From Octopus sinensis (lineage: Eukaryota), in the NCBI RefSeq assembly GCF_006345805.1, contig NC_043000.1, positions 22,196,001 to 22,260,000 of the forward strand: DNA of 64,000 nucleotides, read 5' to 3'. Both the position numbers and the translations under genes were made by a program. Under the pieces are notes generated by a model, which worked only from the letters and a program-made list of their open reading frames with translations, made no database searches and was not told the DNA's origin. Of this stretch, positions 1 to 14,600 are shown piece after piece. The first letter of the stretch is position 1, and every line of letters begins with the position of its first letter.

Positions 1-3000
1 TCTTGTGCATTATTCATGATGTTAATTCTTTGCAAGTTTTCCAAATAGCAACTGAGATTTATAGTTAGGTTTTAAGGAAGAGAGAGAGAGAGAGAGAGAG
101 AATGTGTGTGAATGAATGAATGTGTGTTGGGTTGGGACGAAAACATATTTATCTTGCACTGATTTTAAGTAACTACTGCTTTCATTTGATTAATAAAGTG
201 ATTTTTTTTTTCAATGATAGCTCATACCCCGCATAATGTTTTCTGTGGTTCATCTGGTTAATTTTTTTTAGAATGTTTCAAATTTTGATTAAATCCTTGT
301 GGGTTAACATTATAAATCTGGCACTTTCTGGCACCAAAAATGAATGCTGCAACAGATTGAAAAGCAAACAATAGACAAATAAATGTCCACTATTGAGATA
401 GATTGTTTTGTGTAGCTATTGATTTTCAAATAAAGTGAGTTTCCCCATTGTTTTGATTCGCTGTAGTTTAGGGCTAATATTATTGTATTGGATGGGTAGC
501 ATAGAAGACAGGTAGGCTTTTAGCAAAGTCAATGAATCACTCAATTTTGATTACTGATTGTAAACAATTTGTTATTTTTCATGGTAAAACATGGTCTACA
601 ATATCCTAAGCTGCTGCTAATAAAATATCAGACTGTACTCATGCTTAAAATCAACATTTGTTTATTTAGATAAAAATTATTCTTTTTAAGTTCTCTCTAT
701 TCTTCCTATTATAAAGGGGAAAAGTTACGTACCTACTCCACAATCACATTTCCTTTAAAGAAATCCTTAGTGTAAGAAATAATTTTTTAAAAAAATCTTT
801 GAGAAAATAAAACCCATATTTGTTGCTTTTCTTCTGCATTGGCCTTCCTGACCTTGAGAAATATGAAAATATTTTGAAATGAAATTTAATTGCAGTAAAA
901 CTAACCCCAACTCTTGAGAATTTGTAACTTGTTTTAATGTGTTTGTGTATGGCACAAATTGGTATTTGGGAATATTTAGTATCAAGGCTCTGTGATCAAA
1001 ATATAGCTTTTACTAAAGCCAGCTAGAATTTAACTTCCATGAGTCATTTTTATTGGGAAGAGTCATATAGTTGATATCAAAACCATTATAGTTGTCAAAG
1101 TTTGTTGGCATTTGATCTCTGAATGATGAAGCAATGAATCTTTGAACTGAAAAAGACCATCAAGCCTGACTCATACTATTTCCAGATTCAATTGTGGACT
1201 CTTGGCCACTAGGTTTTCAATTTAGTAAACTTCTTTTCATTTGCATTAATGTCTATTTTCATTTCCACTCCTAAACTTTTGCAAAAAGTCATTTTCTGCT
1301 TTACTTAAATTAATTTTCTCCCAATCCCAATCTTGCTTTTATCATCCCATCCATTGAAAATTTTGTTTTTTGCTCACAAACTTTGTATCTCTGTCTGTGT
1401 GACTCTGTTTCTCAACATATACACATTCTTTTTCAAACTACTTCAGACTTTTTTTCTGCTTTTATGTTTCTGTATAACAGGAAATAGTAAGTCCATTGAT
1501 TTAACTCTTTCCATTTTAATTTGGAATTAGAATCTTTCCTTAGAACAAATAGAAATTTAAACACTTTAGAAGCTCAAACTTATGGCTGAGTTCTCCAGAT
1601 TTTAATCTTAGTATGATAATTTCTGTGTGTTTAATTGTTAAGCCTCTGGAAATTCTTGAAGATATCATCATTGGTTAATAAGGACCTAATTTCGACCTTT
1701 TGGTATGCTGTCAAATTTTTATTAACTGAAATAGTTCTCACTTTGTTTGAATCTAACAAATCATTTGTTTCTGCTACAGAAACATTTAGTAGTTTTCTCA
1801 GTTGCTTTCATAATGCTTGCTTATTACATAATTGTAAGTGGTTTGTGAGATTGAATTTCTCTTAAGTATTTAGTGTTTTTTTTTAATTGTATTTAAAACA
1901 CATTTATTTAGTTTTCTATCCAGTATTTTCTGTGACTGATACAGCTCCAGAAACATTGTTACTATATTACAAATTCTATTTTCTTTAAACTATGATTCAT
2001 TTGATATTTAGAATGATATATAATTTGTATACAATACTATAATAATATAAACTCCTAGCATTGACTTAATCCATTGCCTTTCTCCCAATGACTCCTTTTT
2101 CTCTACCACTTTTTCTCTATCACATCATTGCTTACTGGGACCTCCTCAGTGCCCACCTATGGTCTACAGTGTTTGAATGTGTAAAAACAGCACTTTTTTT
2201 TTTTTAGATGTGTAGGTGAAAATTACAATTGATTTTTGGCTCTCTAAGAAAGGAAACCTTGTGTGTGTAGCAGAAGCTAGATCACAGTGCCTCTCCACTA
2301 TTTGATGACATTCTCAATGTATATGTTCATGGAAGTAGTGCATAACTGATGTTGGGTGTCCAGTTTACACGTGGGTGACATTTATGTACAGAAATTTAAA
2401 TGGGAATGAAGGGTATTGTCATGTGCATAAGCAGTATGTCTGTCTGAATTAACAAGTCCATTATTAAGCCAGAAGAAAGTGTGTGCATGTCATCATAACT
2501 GCATTCTGGGATACACCAGTGTTGATATGGGACCTAGAAACAGCAGCCCCCATTAGGACATGCTGCAATGGAGGTAGTCTAATAAGAAACTTTTATTATA
2601 AGAGTTGAGACAGACAAAAACCTTAATCAACTAAAGTTGTGTTGTTTAGGTGGGGAACAGCAGCATTGGTTTTGGCTACTTCCATCACTTTTCTGGTGGA
2701 GGATGTGAGGGAAATAAAGCAGTGAATTGGCAACACTAGTTCATTTGCATAGATTTTGGTTGGATCCATGAAGATGTTTTGAAGGGTAGTATAAAAGGGA
2801 GTGAATTTAAGTGGTATTGCTATAATAGGAAAAATTACTTTGTATATCTGTGTGTGTATGTGCACACATAATGTGTATTGGGTCAACATTAGTTATGTGT
2901 GGGTGGCAAAAACCATTTATAACTAAAGTGGGGGTAAAAAATAAAAAAAAAATTGACAGGACAGCAGCCAGACATTGTTTTGATACTAGTGTGGTCTGCT

Positions 3001-5587
3001 GGTTTGACATGTCAGTGTGATGACACACATCAACAAAATAAAAAAGATGGAAAAAGAGAATTACACACAAGAATAATAGAGCAAGTATTACCTCTCCCTC
3101 TGCTACCATCTATATTTTAACTTTTGGGAAGGCATCAACACCCAATGAGACTGTGCATTGCAGGGGTTTATTAGGAAGTTAGACGAAATGTGAACTGTAC
3201 AAGAGGAGAGTTGGATTTGTGGAGGTACATTTTTAGTGCTATAGAACAAAGAAAGTTTGTATCTCGTAGGCAGTTCCATTTATTCACATTTCAGATCATC
3301 TGAAGATGAGTTATAACTCAAATACACTATACAGAACAAATATGCTGTGGAAACACAGTTCCCCTCCCCTTCAGGTAGTCATTGGTTGGACAATGACTTA
3401 TTGGGGCAGTAATTTATTGCTTGATGCCTTTTCTGTCACCAACCTTTACTTCTTTTTCAAGTATTTATTCAACTAGTCTTTAAAATCACAGCTACAGCAT
3501 GTAGTTTTTTTTTGAAGGATGTAAACAGATGCTCAAATGGTGCCAGAGATGCAAAAGTAAACACACACACACACAGCTTTCATACAGTTTCCTCTCTACC
3601 AATTACATTTACAAAACATTGGTCAACCAGTACTTTTGTTGATACTAGGCCAAGATACCCTACATTGGGATAGAACCTGAAATCACATAGTTAAAAAGTG
3701 TATCTTGTAACTCTACAGCTGTGTGTGAATATGACTACATACATTTACTTTAGTGTGTATATGTTTAGACATATTTGAATATATGCTTGCATGTGTGTAT
3801 TACTAGTAATTTAATACAAAATGCCAAACTTGAAATTGGTAGCATTTACACTAGAGCTAAAAACAATTTCGAAATTATGAGCATATTTACTGAGTTTTGG
3901 GTTTAAAAAGGTGGGGGGACTCACATTCATAATCACCTTCTACTTATGGTACATACATGTGCCAATGTAAATTACAAACGTGTGCGCGCACACATACACT
4001 GCTCATAACTACACATAAATATAGACAAAATGCCATTATTGCTTCCCTGAATCATTCATTCTGATAAAAGTTGGGTCCTTAGTTAAGACAATACTTATTT
4101 CCCCACCATCTCCAATATCATTTTTATTTTTGGCATAATGTTAGTTTTCCTTTTAGTCCACATTTTCAACACTCTACTTCTATCTTGTGCTTCTACCATA
4201 AACTATGTTACCATGCATTTCACTAATCCTTTCACATTTTTATCTAGTTTTAAGTGCTTTTGATAATATCTGTTACTGGTGGTTAACATATGGTTAAACA
4301 TAGGCAAAATAAGTTGATATTGCACTTTTTCTTCTTCACTTTGTTATCTTCATTTTGTCATGGAAGCTGGTAACTAAATTTGTGGCTGGCCAACATTTAG
4401 ACATGTTTGTGTGCTGATGCACCAAAAATGAAAATTTAATTTACTTACACTTTCTATAACAAGATTGTAATGCTTTTTTCTGCATGTTTCACTTCATTCT
4501 TCACTACATCTATTTATTTTTCCATATATATATATGTGTGTATGTGAGAGAGGGAAAAAGACTGAGGGTGCAGTTAGTGTAGAATCAAAATTTTGAACAT
4601 ACTTGGAATTAAATAAAGCATGGTTTTTTTTCTTCCTTTTTTTTTTTTTAAATTAAATATACCATTAGGGACTGGCTACTGAATGTGCGCGCGCGCGCGT
4701 GTGTGTACGTAATCAAGGTCTTTTTGGAATGTTTTTATTTCTCTTTTCATTAGGGAAGATATTTCCTTAAATACTTCCATGTTGAGGGTCAACCATGAAC
4801 TGAACCTTAAATACCTGGCAGCCCTGCATTTGTGATTTAACTAAATTTATTGTCATTGAGATATATATTTTTAACTTGTAATTCAATATGATTGTCAGTG
4901 TTATTTTTATTTATTTATTTTTGCTAAAATTGCATCATTGATATAACTTCTTTTTGTATATTTATATGTATTCTTTGAAGCTATTCTATACAATTAAATA
5001 TTCATTTTTATTTCTTTAGTTCATTTTGTAATATTTAATTCTATTGCTACATTGTTTTGTTAAATATATACATTCTTGCCTTTTAATTTTGTCATAATGA
5101 TATTTAAATGCTTTATTAATATTATTAGTAAATAGCTTTTATTCAATTATGCTGATTTCAGTTGTATGATAAATATTTTTGGTGTAAAAACAATCCATTC
5201 ATAAGCAATTTAATAATTTATTGATACTGCATGAATAATTAAATTCTTAAAATATTGATCCCCACTTGGCTTTAAAGTGATCTTATATGTCTCTTATCTC
5301 TCAATATATATAAATATATCTATATCTATATACATTTGTTTTTTTGAAATCTTTTGTTGCTTGTATGTGACACTATCTTTACTTGGCCTTGCCTACCCTT
5401 GTTTATCTCATATGTACCCTGAATTGGCTGGCCTCACTGTTGCGGCATTGAAAAATTCGGTGCTACGGATGTGAACGAACTCTACTGCTGCTCACCCATC
5501 TGATTGATACGTTCGCTTGCTGGGGAATGATATGTGCTGCTGAATGAATGAATGGGGGATGAAATACGTTGGGGCGGACACAAACAG

Positions 5588-5684
5588 CAGGACCACCCTG
5601 AACTCATTGCTGGAGCGCCCTGCATCGAGGACGACGAAGATGGTCACCTGATCTATCACCCGGGAGACGTTCTTCAGGCTCGAT
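5588..5684 (+). CDS. CLK2: CLK exon equivalent to vertebrate exon 4 ([33 protein letters not shown])
   Basis: Conserved DDxxGHLIY motif. Donor GAT|GTACTC at 5685, phase 1, matches the next exon. The start is uncertain: NAGNAG acceptor (5588 or 5591) or an in-frame ATG at 5552. Confidence 0.8.
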
Positions 5685-8600
5685 GTACTCATCATTTCGT
5701 AACGTTTAGCCTAGGATATTATTTGACTTCTTTTTTTTTTTTTTTCATTTTTTTTTTCCATTTTCCTTAATTTTTTTTTTCTCCAATTTTTCCCAAAAAT
5801 GTATTAATGTTTTTGTTTATCTTTGTTTCTTTTACCCCTTCCCCCAATTTTCTTCTTAAATCCTAAAATTCAACTTTCTTTATTTCTCTCTTTAACATTT
5901 CCTTATCTCTAATCTAATTTCCCCATCTATTGTCATTTTTATTCTTTCTATAAGAATTTAAAATTTTCAAAATTTGGGTTGGGGGATATCCAAAATTACA
6001 CATTTTTCTTGATTTAAATTTATCCTTAAGTTTTTTTTTATGCCTATTGTATATGTGATTGTTTTTATCTTGGTCTTCTAATTATTGGAAGATCAACTAT
6101 ATTTCAACCATGCCATCTTTTGTAGGCATTAGTTCTATTATTTTTAATTGAAATATAAACTGCTGAAAAATGAATGCATTTTTCATTCCTTATAAACATT
6201 TCCCCATAAAATATACTTAAATCTAATATTTTAGTATTTTATGGATTAATTAAAAGAATAATTAAAAAATTTTAATTACTCTTTGAATATGCATTAAAAT
6301 TAAATAAAAGGATAGATATAAATAATGGCAATAACCGAAAGCTTAGTGAAATTTTAATTTCATAATCTTAATTTAAAAGATGGGGTAATAATTGCTAAGT
6401 TTTATCTTGAAATACAATTAGGACAGATTAATTTTTAAATATAGTAATTGTTTGGATAGAGTTAACAAATCTTAGTTACAATCACTGAGTAGTTGTTAGT
6501 TTAATTTTTTTTTAATTCTCATATTTTCAATATACTTTTTTAGATTTAAACTGTGTTGTAGAAATAGTAAACTTGAAATAATCCTAGTTTTAATACTAAA
6601 TGATTAATTAATTTAACGATGTTCAGTGAATTTAAATTATACTGAAGATATTTCCATATCCTTTGTTTATATATTATTTTTTGTTATTATAAACACTTGA
6701 AACAAGAATTTACATCTTCCACGTCTGCAGAGTAGCTTAAAAATCAAGTGTTGTATATTAGACTTTGGCTAAACTACTTTTCCCTGTATGAAATGTCTAG
6801 CATATTTTCGTTTCTAAATCAACTGGGGCGATAGCCTTTTTAGTTTCAATTTCTCCAAAACATAATTTATCTCATAAAATTTTTTTTTTTATGTTTCATT
6901 AAATTCTCCCACCTTTTGATAAATTATTTATTTTGATTTTAAGAAATTTAATTGAGGATTGGGTCCATTTGAGTATCTTAAAATTCTTTTAGTCTCCCTC
7001 CCCATCCCTTTTTTTTTCATTTTCCTCTTTAATGCTTTCTTGAAACTGTATAGGTAAATTAAATTGTATTGGCAAATGGATGATTCCCTGTCCCTCTTCC
7101 ATCCAACAAACTACTGTTCTTGTATATTCTTAAATTGTGTGTGTATGTATGTATATATATATATGTATATACATACATATATATATATATATATTTTAAA
7201 TTTTCAGTCCTTAATGTTTTACATGCCTTAGAAACATATCTGATACATTGAACTGAATATAACTACGAAAATTAGAATTTGTTTCATTAGATATGTCAAA
7301 ATCTTTAAGGACACATCTGACATTTTCATACAATATTGGAAGACACTGTGATGTGTACAGATAAATACACACCTTAGACATTTTTTAACGAAGACTTTAA
7401 TGTATTCATTATACTTTTCAACATCATTTCAGAACAACAACACTAGCTTTTATTTAAAAAAAAAAATACTTTTGCATTTTTATATGTCCATACATATATA
7501 GCTTATAGCTTAAGAAGCTAGTTGAAAATCAATTACTAGTTGAAATATATTAGGATACATTAAAGCATTTACTATAAAAAACTATTTTAAAGTTCTCTGA
7601 CCTCTCATATGTGAGGTGCTTTATTTGGATACTTCAGTGCATATTTGATAGCTTAAAATATATTTGTCATAAGTCTTATTCATTTACCCCAAGTATGAAG
7701 CTAATTTATCTACTTCAAAAGTGTGTTAAATCTATCCTAATGGATGAAAACTATATTACTGTAAAACTGTAACTTACTCTCATCCATTGAGCCTTTCAGT
7801 TTTCAAAATAAGATAAATACTGTTTTTATGTAGTTTCGCTGCCAGCCTCTTGTTGCATTGCTATGAAGTGTTTTTCTAAACTGGTAATTAGCCAGTACCA
7901 CTTGTCATATACTAGGGATTATTTGAGCGTTATATTTAATTTCAGATGAAATTATTCAGACCCTTGGTGAAGGCACCTTTGGGAAATGTGTTGAGGTGAA
8001 GGATGTTGCGAGGTAGGTTCTTTAGACTAAGGGAATTTTCTTCATATCTAACATCTTTCTCTTTTTGCAGCAACAAAGTTCAATTTTAAATGCTAGCATG
8101 GTCTTCTTGTTTATTATTTGCTATTTATGAAACGTTTATGCTTAAACGCCCATTGTTTTTTTGCATAACTTTTATTTTTCCTGCACTTCATTTATATTTC
8201 TCACATGAAAATATGACCATTTCTTGTTATGGTCTTTGGCTAAAATTTGCTTTATTTTATTTTATTTTTGGCTGTAGAAATGCTTTTTTAGCTGGGGGTT
8301 AAAAAAAAGTTGCATATGTTAAATGAAGATATCTTCTCTATTTTGTGTCATAAAAGCATTTTCATCCAGTTCCATAAGAATCTCCATCATTCTGATATGT
8401 TGCAACAGTCTATAAACGGTGCATAAAAATGAATCTTGCTTTTCATGGTGTTGCTGAAGCTAGACTAAAGAGTCCTTACTTAATTGTATTGGTGAATTAT
8501 GTTTTTCTGAGTGAAAGTATTTGTAAACTATCAGATAAACTGTAGGATCATTCAGCATGAACAGTGCTGATTGGATATTAGCAGACTAGCTTCCACTATT

Positions 8601-11600
8601 TATCTTTTTTTAACCCTTTAGTATTTATTGTCAAATGTAATGCTTGTTTATTCACATTGCATTGAATTAATCAAGCTCAAGGGGTGTCAGGAAAAACGAG
8701 AATATAGAATAATAAATGTTAAGTTACTTTAGAATTATGAATCTCATCTGATAATTGGAGAGTCTTTATGCAGCTACTTGAACGTCTAGAAGAAATGGCC
8801 AAATTGCCTTAAAGCAAAATGCCAAGATGTGATACCAGGATAATATTGAATGATGCTGTCCTTGATGTTAAAAAAAAAGAAAAGACTGAATGATGATGGC
8901 TTGAATGCCTTTGACAATAACTCTACTTGACCAAGGTTGATTTGATACTAAACAGCACCAACTATTATGTCATTTTGTTAAATTTTCCACCCTATGGTGT
9001 TAGTATTTCATTATGGTTGTTATTGACGTATAGTTAATGTTACAAGTATTCTTAGCTTGCTCAGAGCAAGAAGGAAGAAATTGGAAATGCTCTGTTGTAA
9101 ATGAAGGGCTATTGTTACTGTAAGAGTTGACAGTTTAATAGTCATGTAGCAATGTAGTTGATATAATGTTCATAAAAATAGATTTGCAATTGCTAAACTT
9201 TTGTACTTTTTGGAATGGAGCACCATCAAAATAGGATGGTTACTTGATCTATTAGAAGGTTGAAATGTGCTAAAATCTTAGAAATATTAATGCACAGTAT
9301 ATATGCTGTGTAATCAAAAATAAAAATTGGGAGTCTTTAGAAACTTTTCATGTAGAAGAATATTGTGAATTGATTTAATGAAGTTATTTCCTATAATAAT
9401 GAATGTATATTGAAATTATCAGTTTAGTCTTTTGGTGGTGTGTTTTCAATTATAAGAATTCATGGTGGTGAAAGAGTCTTAAATTCATTAACCATTATGA
9501 ACTCCTTGCCTTGTTCTCTTTGTTTATGGTGTGCTGGAAATTAGAATTTTTTTTTTTTTTTTACTTTTCTTAAAATTGAAAAAGATAATTATTGGTATTT
9601 TTATTCTAGGTTATGCAGCTACAAATATGTTGAATATCAAAATTTACGTGCATTTTATGCAATGCTGTTCCTCAATTCTTTCCAAGTTTTTTTTTCTTCT
9701 TTGGTTATTTTTCTTGTGCAGAGACAGATTTGTAAATTAGGGGCGAGGGTTGTGTTTTCTTATAGTGCAAAGAGGTGTTAGCTATTTGAAAGAATTCCTT
9801 GGTTGGGGACATTTGATATCCCTTTCACAAGATGGTCTTAAAATCGTGTGTAATATGTTCCTGATCCCTGCCACCATCTCTTAGTTTCTTAGGCAAATCT
9901 AATTGAGATCTCTGAATCTTCTTTCCTATATCAATAAATGCATAATTAATACCTGTCTTTAATTTTTTATATTGCTGTCTCTAGTAGATATAATTTTTTG
10001 TTTTACACTGAATAGCATAGTTTCTTTTGTATGTGTGTATGTATGTGCTTAAACAGGTTTTAGCTATTTCATAGCTTTCATGCTTGATTTTTTCAGTTTT
10101 AAAGCATGGAACTTGGACAGTAGGTAAAACCTCGGTTTAGAGAAATATCTGAATATTTTCATGGACTATTTTCCATTTTAGCTTGCAAATTTTTTTTATC
10201 GTGTGTGTATGTAAGAGAGATATAACCTTAAGGATAATTTAGGAATCTATTTTCATAATTGATTCTTTGATAATATCTATACGAGTATTTTTTTTTTTGT
10301 TTATGTGTAGCTTTGTTGTATAGATACCGTTACAAATTCATGTCCTTAATTCATGACTGTGAAAGCGAACCTGTTTGTTTACAATATACATCCCCGACAC
10401 AGTTTGAGGTTTGTTGCAGCTGAATATATATTGATATACATTTTGTTAACTACCACTATTGCTGCAGCTGATTTAAGTTTTCAGAATGTCAAATTAAAGG
10501 ATATTTCTCTTGGATGTAACCCCCCCCCCTCCGTATCTCCCATAGTTTGCTTATGAAAGAAATTTTGAAAATAGTACTGCTTGTTAATCACAAAATAACT
10601 GTCAATTGAAGTGCCTCTAGTTTCCTTCAATGAATTATGTATACTTCATTTTTGGTTGCTATTTGCAGATCATTAGTTTGGACTATTGAGAGTTAATTGT
10701 CTTTGACATAAAAAACGTGTGACTAGATACCAGTGGATAATACTTCAGTTTGTTGATCATTTGTTTACTCTCAATTTTTATGCTCTTTATAATAGCTTTG
10801 GATACAAATACTGCACCATTTGAACTGTTCTTGCTTGATAGTTTCTACAATTCTACTTTGCAGCCAATATCTGTAAGAAACAGTAGATAAGCAGTCATTA
10901 GTTGTATAGTTCATGGCTGTATAGCCAAGCCTATTTTTATTTAATTTAATGAGCTACTATCTTTACTCAGTAGATGGAACACTGTTATCTGTCTACTAGA
11001 TCTTGAGTCATGAAGGCAGATTACACTGGTGATGTGTTGTTTTTCAAACCAAAACACTTAATTCTTCTTAGTTTATTGTGATAAAAGATACCAGGCCTTA
11101 AGTTATCTGTAACAAACTCGCTATTCAGCACAGCTGATATCTCTTTCTCATTTGCTTATTGTTACAGAAATTAGATGAACATCAAAAGGCGTTTTACTTC
11201 CTTTTTTTTTTTTAAATTTAAGCTGGGCCTAAGCACTTAAAAATTTTCCTTCTTCCTGCTATTGTTTGCTAGGGTTGTTGCTTGCACTCTGTAGGTTTTC
11301 AAACATATCTTTAAATGATTTTGTACTTCAGTTTTAATAACTCATGTACATTTTGCTATTTTCTATTGATTTTTTTATTGCAAAAATGAAAGGTTGTGTG
11401 AGTGTATGTTTGCAGCATATGATCTCTTTTGTCAATTCCCAGTTTTGCAAAACTATTGAATACTTACAAAAGGAAGCCATGGTAGTTTCTAAAAGTGCAT
11501 TTCCACTTACTTGTACACAAGAGAGAGAGAGAGAGATTATAATCTTTAATAAAAAAAGTTCTTCACACAGGCCAAGATTTTACTTATCTAATGTGGATAT

Positions 11601-14600
11601 TCTTTTGTTTCACTCATGCTGGAATATCACCTTCAGAGGTTTTTCTTAAATCACTAAATTACAGGACAAGTAGACAACACGTGCATGCACACATGCTGCA
11701 GGCTCCTGCCCATTTTCATTCTGCCAAATTTCATAGATGTCTTTCTATGAGGTTGCATACAAGTCACTTGCCAAAACTGCTGTGTAGTGGAGGTCAAACC
11801 CAGAATCACATTTGCACAGTAAACTGTCTAACTATGCTGGCACGGGCATCAAATTTATAAAGTTGGGCAAATATGTAATGTGTTGTTATTCTCAAAATGT
11901 AATTTATTTCATTGGAAATTGAAAAAGTTCCATCTGCCAAAGAATGATTCTCACTACACACACACATATATATATATGGTTTCTAAACTTAAGTTACATC
12001 CTTTAACCAAAGAATCAGAATCTCTTTCGTAACAAAATTCCTATAACAATGCACAAAGTACTGATAGTCAGGCTGTCTATTTAGGTCACAAAAGGTCAGG
12101 ATGTATAGTAAGATACTTGCTTTGTAACAATCTACTTGTAATAATGTGATAAAATGTTTAGAAGTAAAGATGAGGCTAAATAGCAAAGTGTGAAAAATAA
12201 TGTACAAGTGTATTGTTTTTGTTTCGTATACATTTTTTGTATTTTTTAATGCTCATCTCTATAATTCTGTTTACTCTGCATTTTATGAGCATCACTTCAC
12301 AATACCATAAACTTTTTTGTTTAAATACTGCCTTTCATATAACTGAGTTCTCTTCTCTCTCTTTCACACACATACACACACACTATAAATTTAAAAATTG
12401 CCTGAGTTAATGGCTTCTTAAATAATGATTTTATTGTTTATTAAATAGTTGTTTTATTAGTGTGATAACTGTTTGATACAGTATACTAAGTAAGATTATA
12501 CTATATAAGAAGAAACTATATATATCTATATATATATAATTTAATGGCTGATTCCCATAGTGGCCTGGGTTGAAAGGTTTGACAAGATGTGGTGAGTTGG
12601 AGGACTGCATCATGCTCCAGCATCTACTTTGTCATGTTTTCTACTCTTGTAGAACACCAACCACTTGACATTGTATAGGATTTTTTCATGGTACTGCACT
12701 AGTGAAGATCACCTTGTAGTTGCAAAGCTAAAGTGGCCCCTATAACCAAGGAAGAGTAGGGCAGTGATTCTAGGCAAAGGGATAAGGCAACACACACACA
12801 CAAATACTGTGTATGTGTGTAGTATCAGTGCTGAATTCAGAGTTGTTTGAATCACTGTTTGTTCTGGATTTCTGCCCTCTGAGTTCAAATCTCAACCAGG
12901 TCACCTTTGTCAGCCATACTTCTGAGCTCATTAAATATATAGCAGTCTAGGGTGATGAACTAGTGGATTGTTAGAACATTGACACAATGCTTTGGGGTAT
13001 CCATTTGGTACCATGCATTCTGCATTCAGATCTCCTCCCTTTAATATATGGGTTCTCGGCGACCAGGCAAAAAGCCAAGCTATATATAATTATGATTCAT
13101 TCTGTTGTTAATTGTGATAATTCAAGTGAGTAAAAAAAAATAAACAACATATGCAACAAATGAAAATGAATAAACATTGGGTACACATTTGCCTTTCCAT
13201 TTAAACTCTATTACATGTATTGAGTACTCTCTTGTTTGTAATCCTCAAACATGTGTGAATTGTTATTATAATTATGCTTCCTTTGTAATTTTGATTTTTT
13301 AATATTATCTACTGACTTACCCTGCATAATTGTTAGTAATACATGCTAATCCCTGAAGAATTTATTATGTTTATTCTTGCGTTCTGTTACAGATGTTTGT
13401 GAAAGAAACTTTTACACATTTATGTTTGCTTTTGTATAAGATAATAACAATAGGATGGAGACTTTGCTGACTACCATTCATTACGTTGCAATCTCTAAAA
13501 TTTCTAGCTAAACAGTTTTTTCATTTAATGAATGTAGAATCATCAAAAACCTGCTTTGTTATTTAAATTTATATAACAATTTCATAAAAATTTAATGCAA
13601 TATACTTGGAAATTAGAAAGTTTATTACCTGATGGAAAGTAAATCTGTACTGTGAAATCTGCATATCGATTCTCCCTCCCATGAAGTGTGCCATTAAAAA
13701 AAAAAAAAGTTAGTTTTGAATTTCTTCAACCCCCCCTTCCCGAAGTAATGTGTTATTTATACAATTTTGGTTTTATGTAGTGAGTATTTTGTTTATTTTT
13801 CTTAGGTTTTTATCTTTTTGCTGTGATTTGATATAGTACCAGCTTTAAAGAACCAATGTTTCAATTATTCATTCTAGTAGTACCTATTTATAGAGAGTAT
13901 TTTTCCTTTGCCTTGTTATCTTGTCTGTATTCTTTTGTAATACTGTAATGAACTTAGCTAATAGGTTACTAAGCCTAACTACATCGGCCACATGATTGAA
14001 GGTTATTTCAGTTAATTTTCTGATAACATAAATATTCCAGTTGTCTAAGCAGTTTTTACCACCAGAGCCATTTTCAACAAGCTGTACAGCTACTTCAGTT
14101 CTCTCCTACTAAGTGCCTCTATCCCCTCTCCATATACAATATATTTAGGCTGGCAGAGGGAACTAAGCTGTACACATATTACTCACCATAATAGGAGATA
14201 GTGACAAGTACTTCCCTTAGTCCTTACACTTCATATAATTTTAGTCCCCCCCCTCGCCGCCGCCACCATCCCTTCCTCTTGTCTAGAAATTTGAGCTAGA
14301 TTGCTCTTTCCTTTTTATATGAACGTAACTAACTCATTTTAATAGTAAATGTTGTTAGATGTCTTAGTTTCCCTTGTTTTGACTTAGTAAGATTGTATTT
14401 AAAAAGTAAATAAACAAAATACTGACATCTATTTTTGATAATTGATTTCTTCTATGTAAAGTCCTAAAGATTGAGTAGCTGATGAACATTTTGTTCATGC
14501 CTTTTTCAGAATAATTAATGGTGTTAAGGAATGAGAATCAAATTCTGATCTTAGTTAAATTAATATTCGGTTATAGATAATTTGTATATAATTATCATTT

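Noticed and set aside
3295-3374. Possible upstream exon with one open frame ending in phase 0 (HLKMSYNS...SPPLQ)
   Set aside because: Splice sites are only moderate and there is no similarity to CLK N-termini; such pseudo-exons are common in AT-rich introns
7834-7883. Possible 50-nt poison exon just before the Gly-loop exon
   Set aside because: Short pyrimidine tract and no independent support; cannot be distinguished from chance
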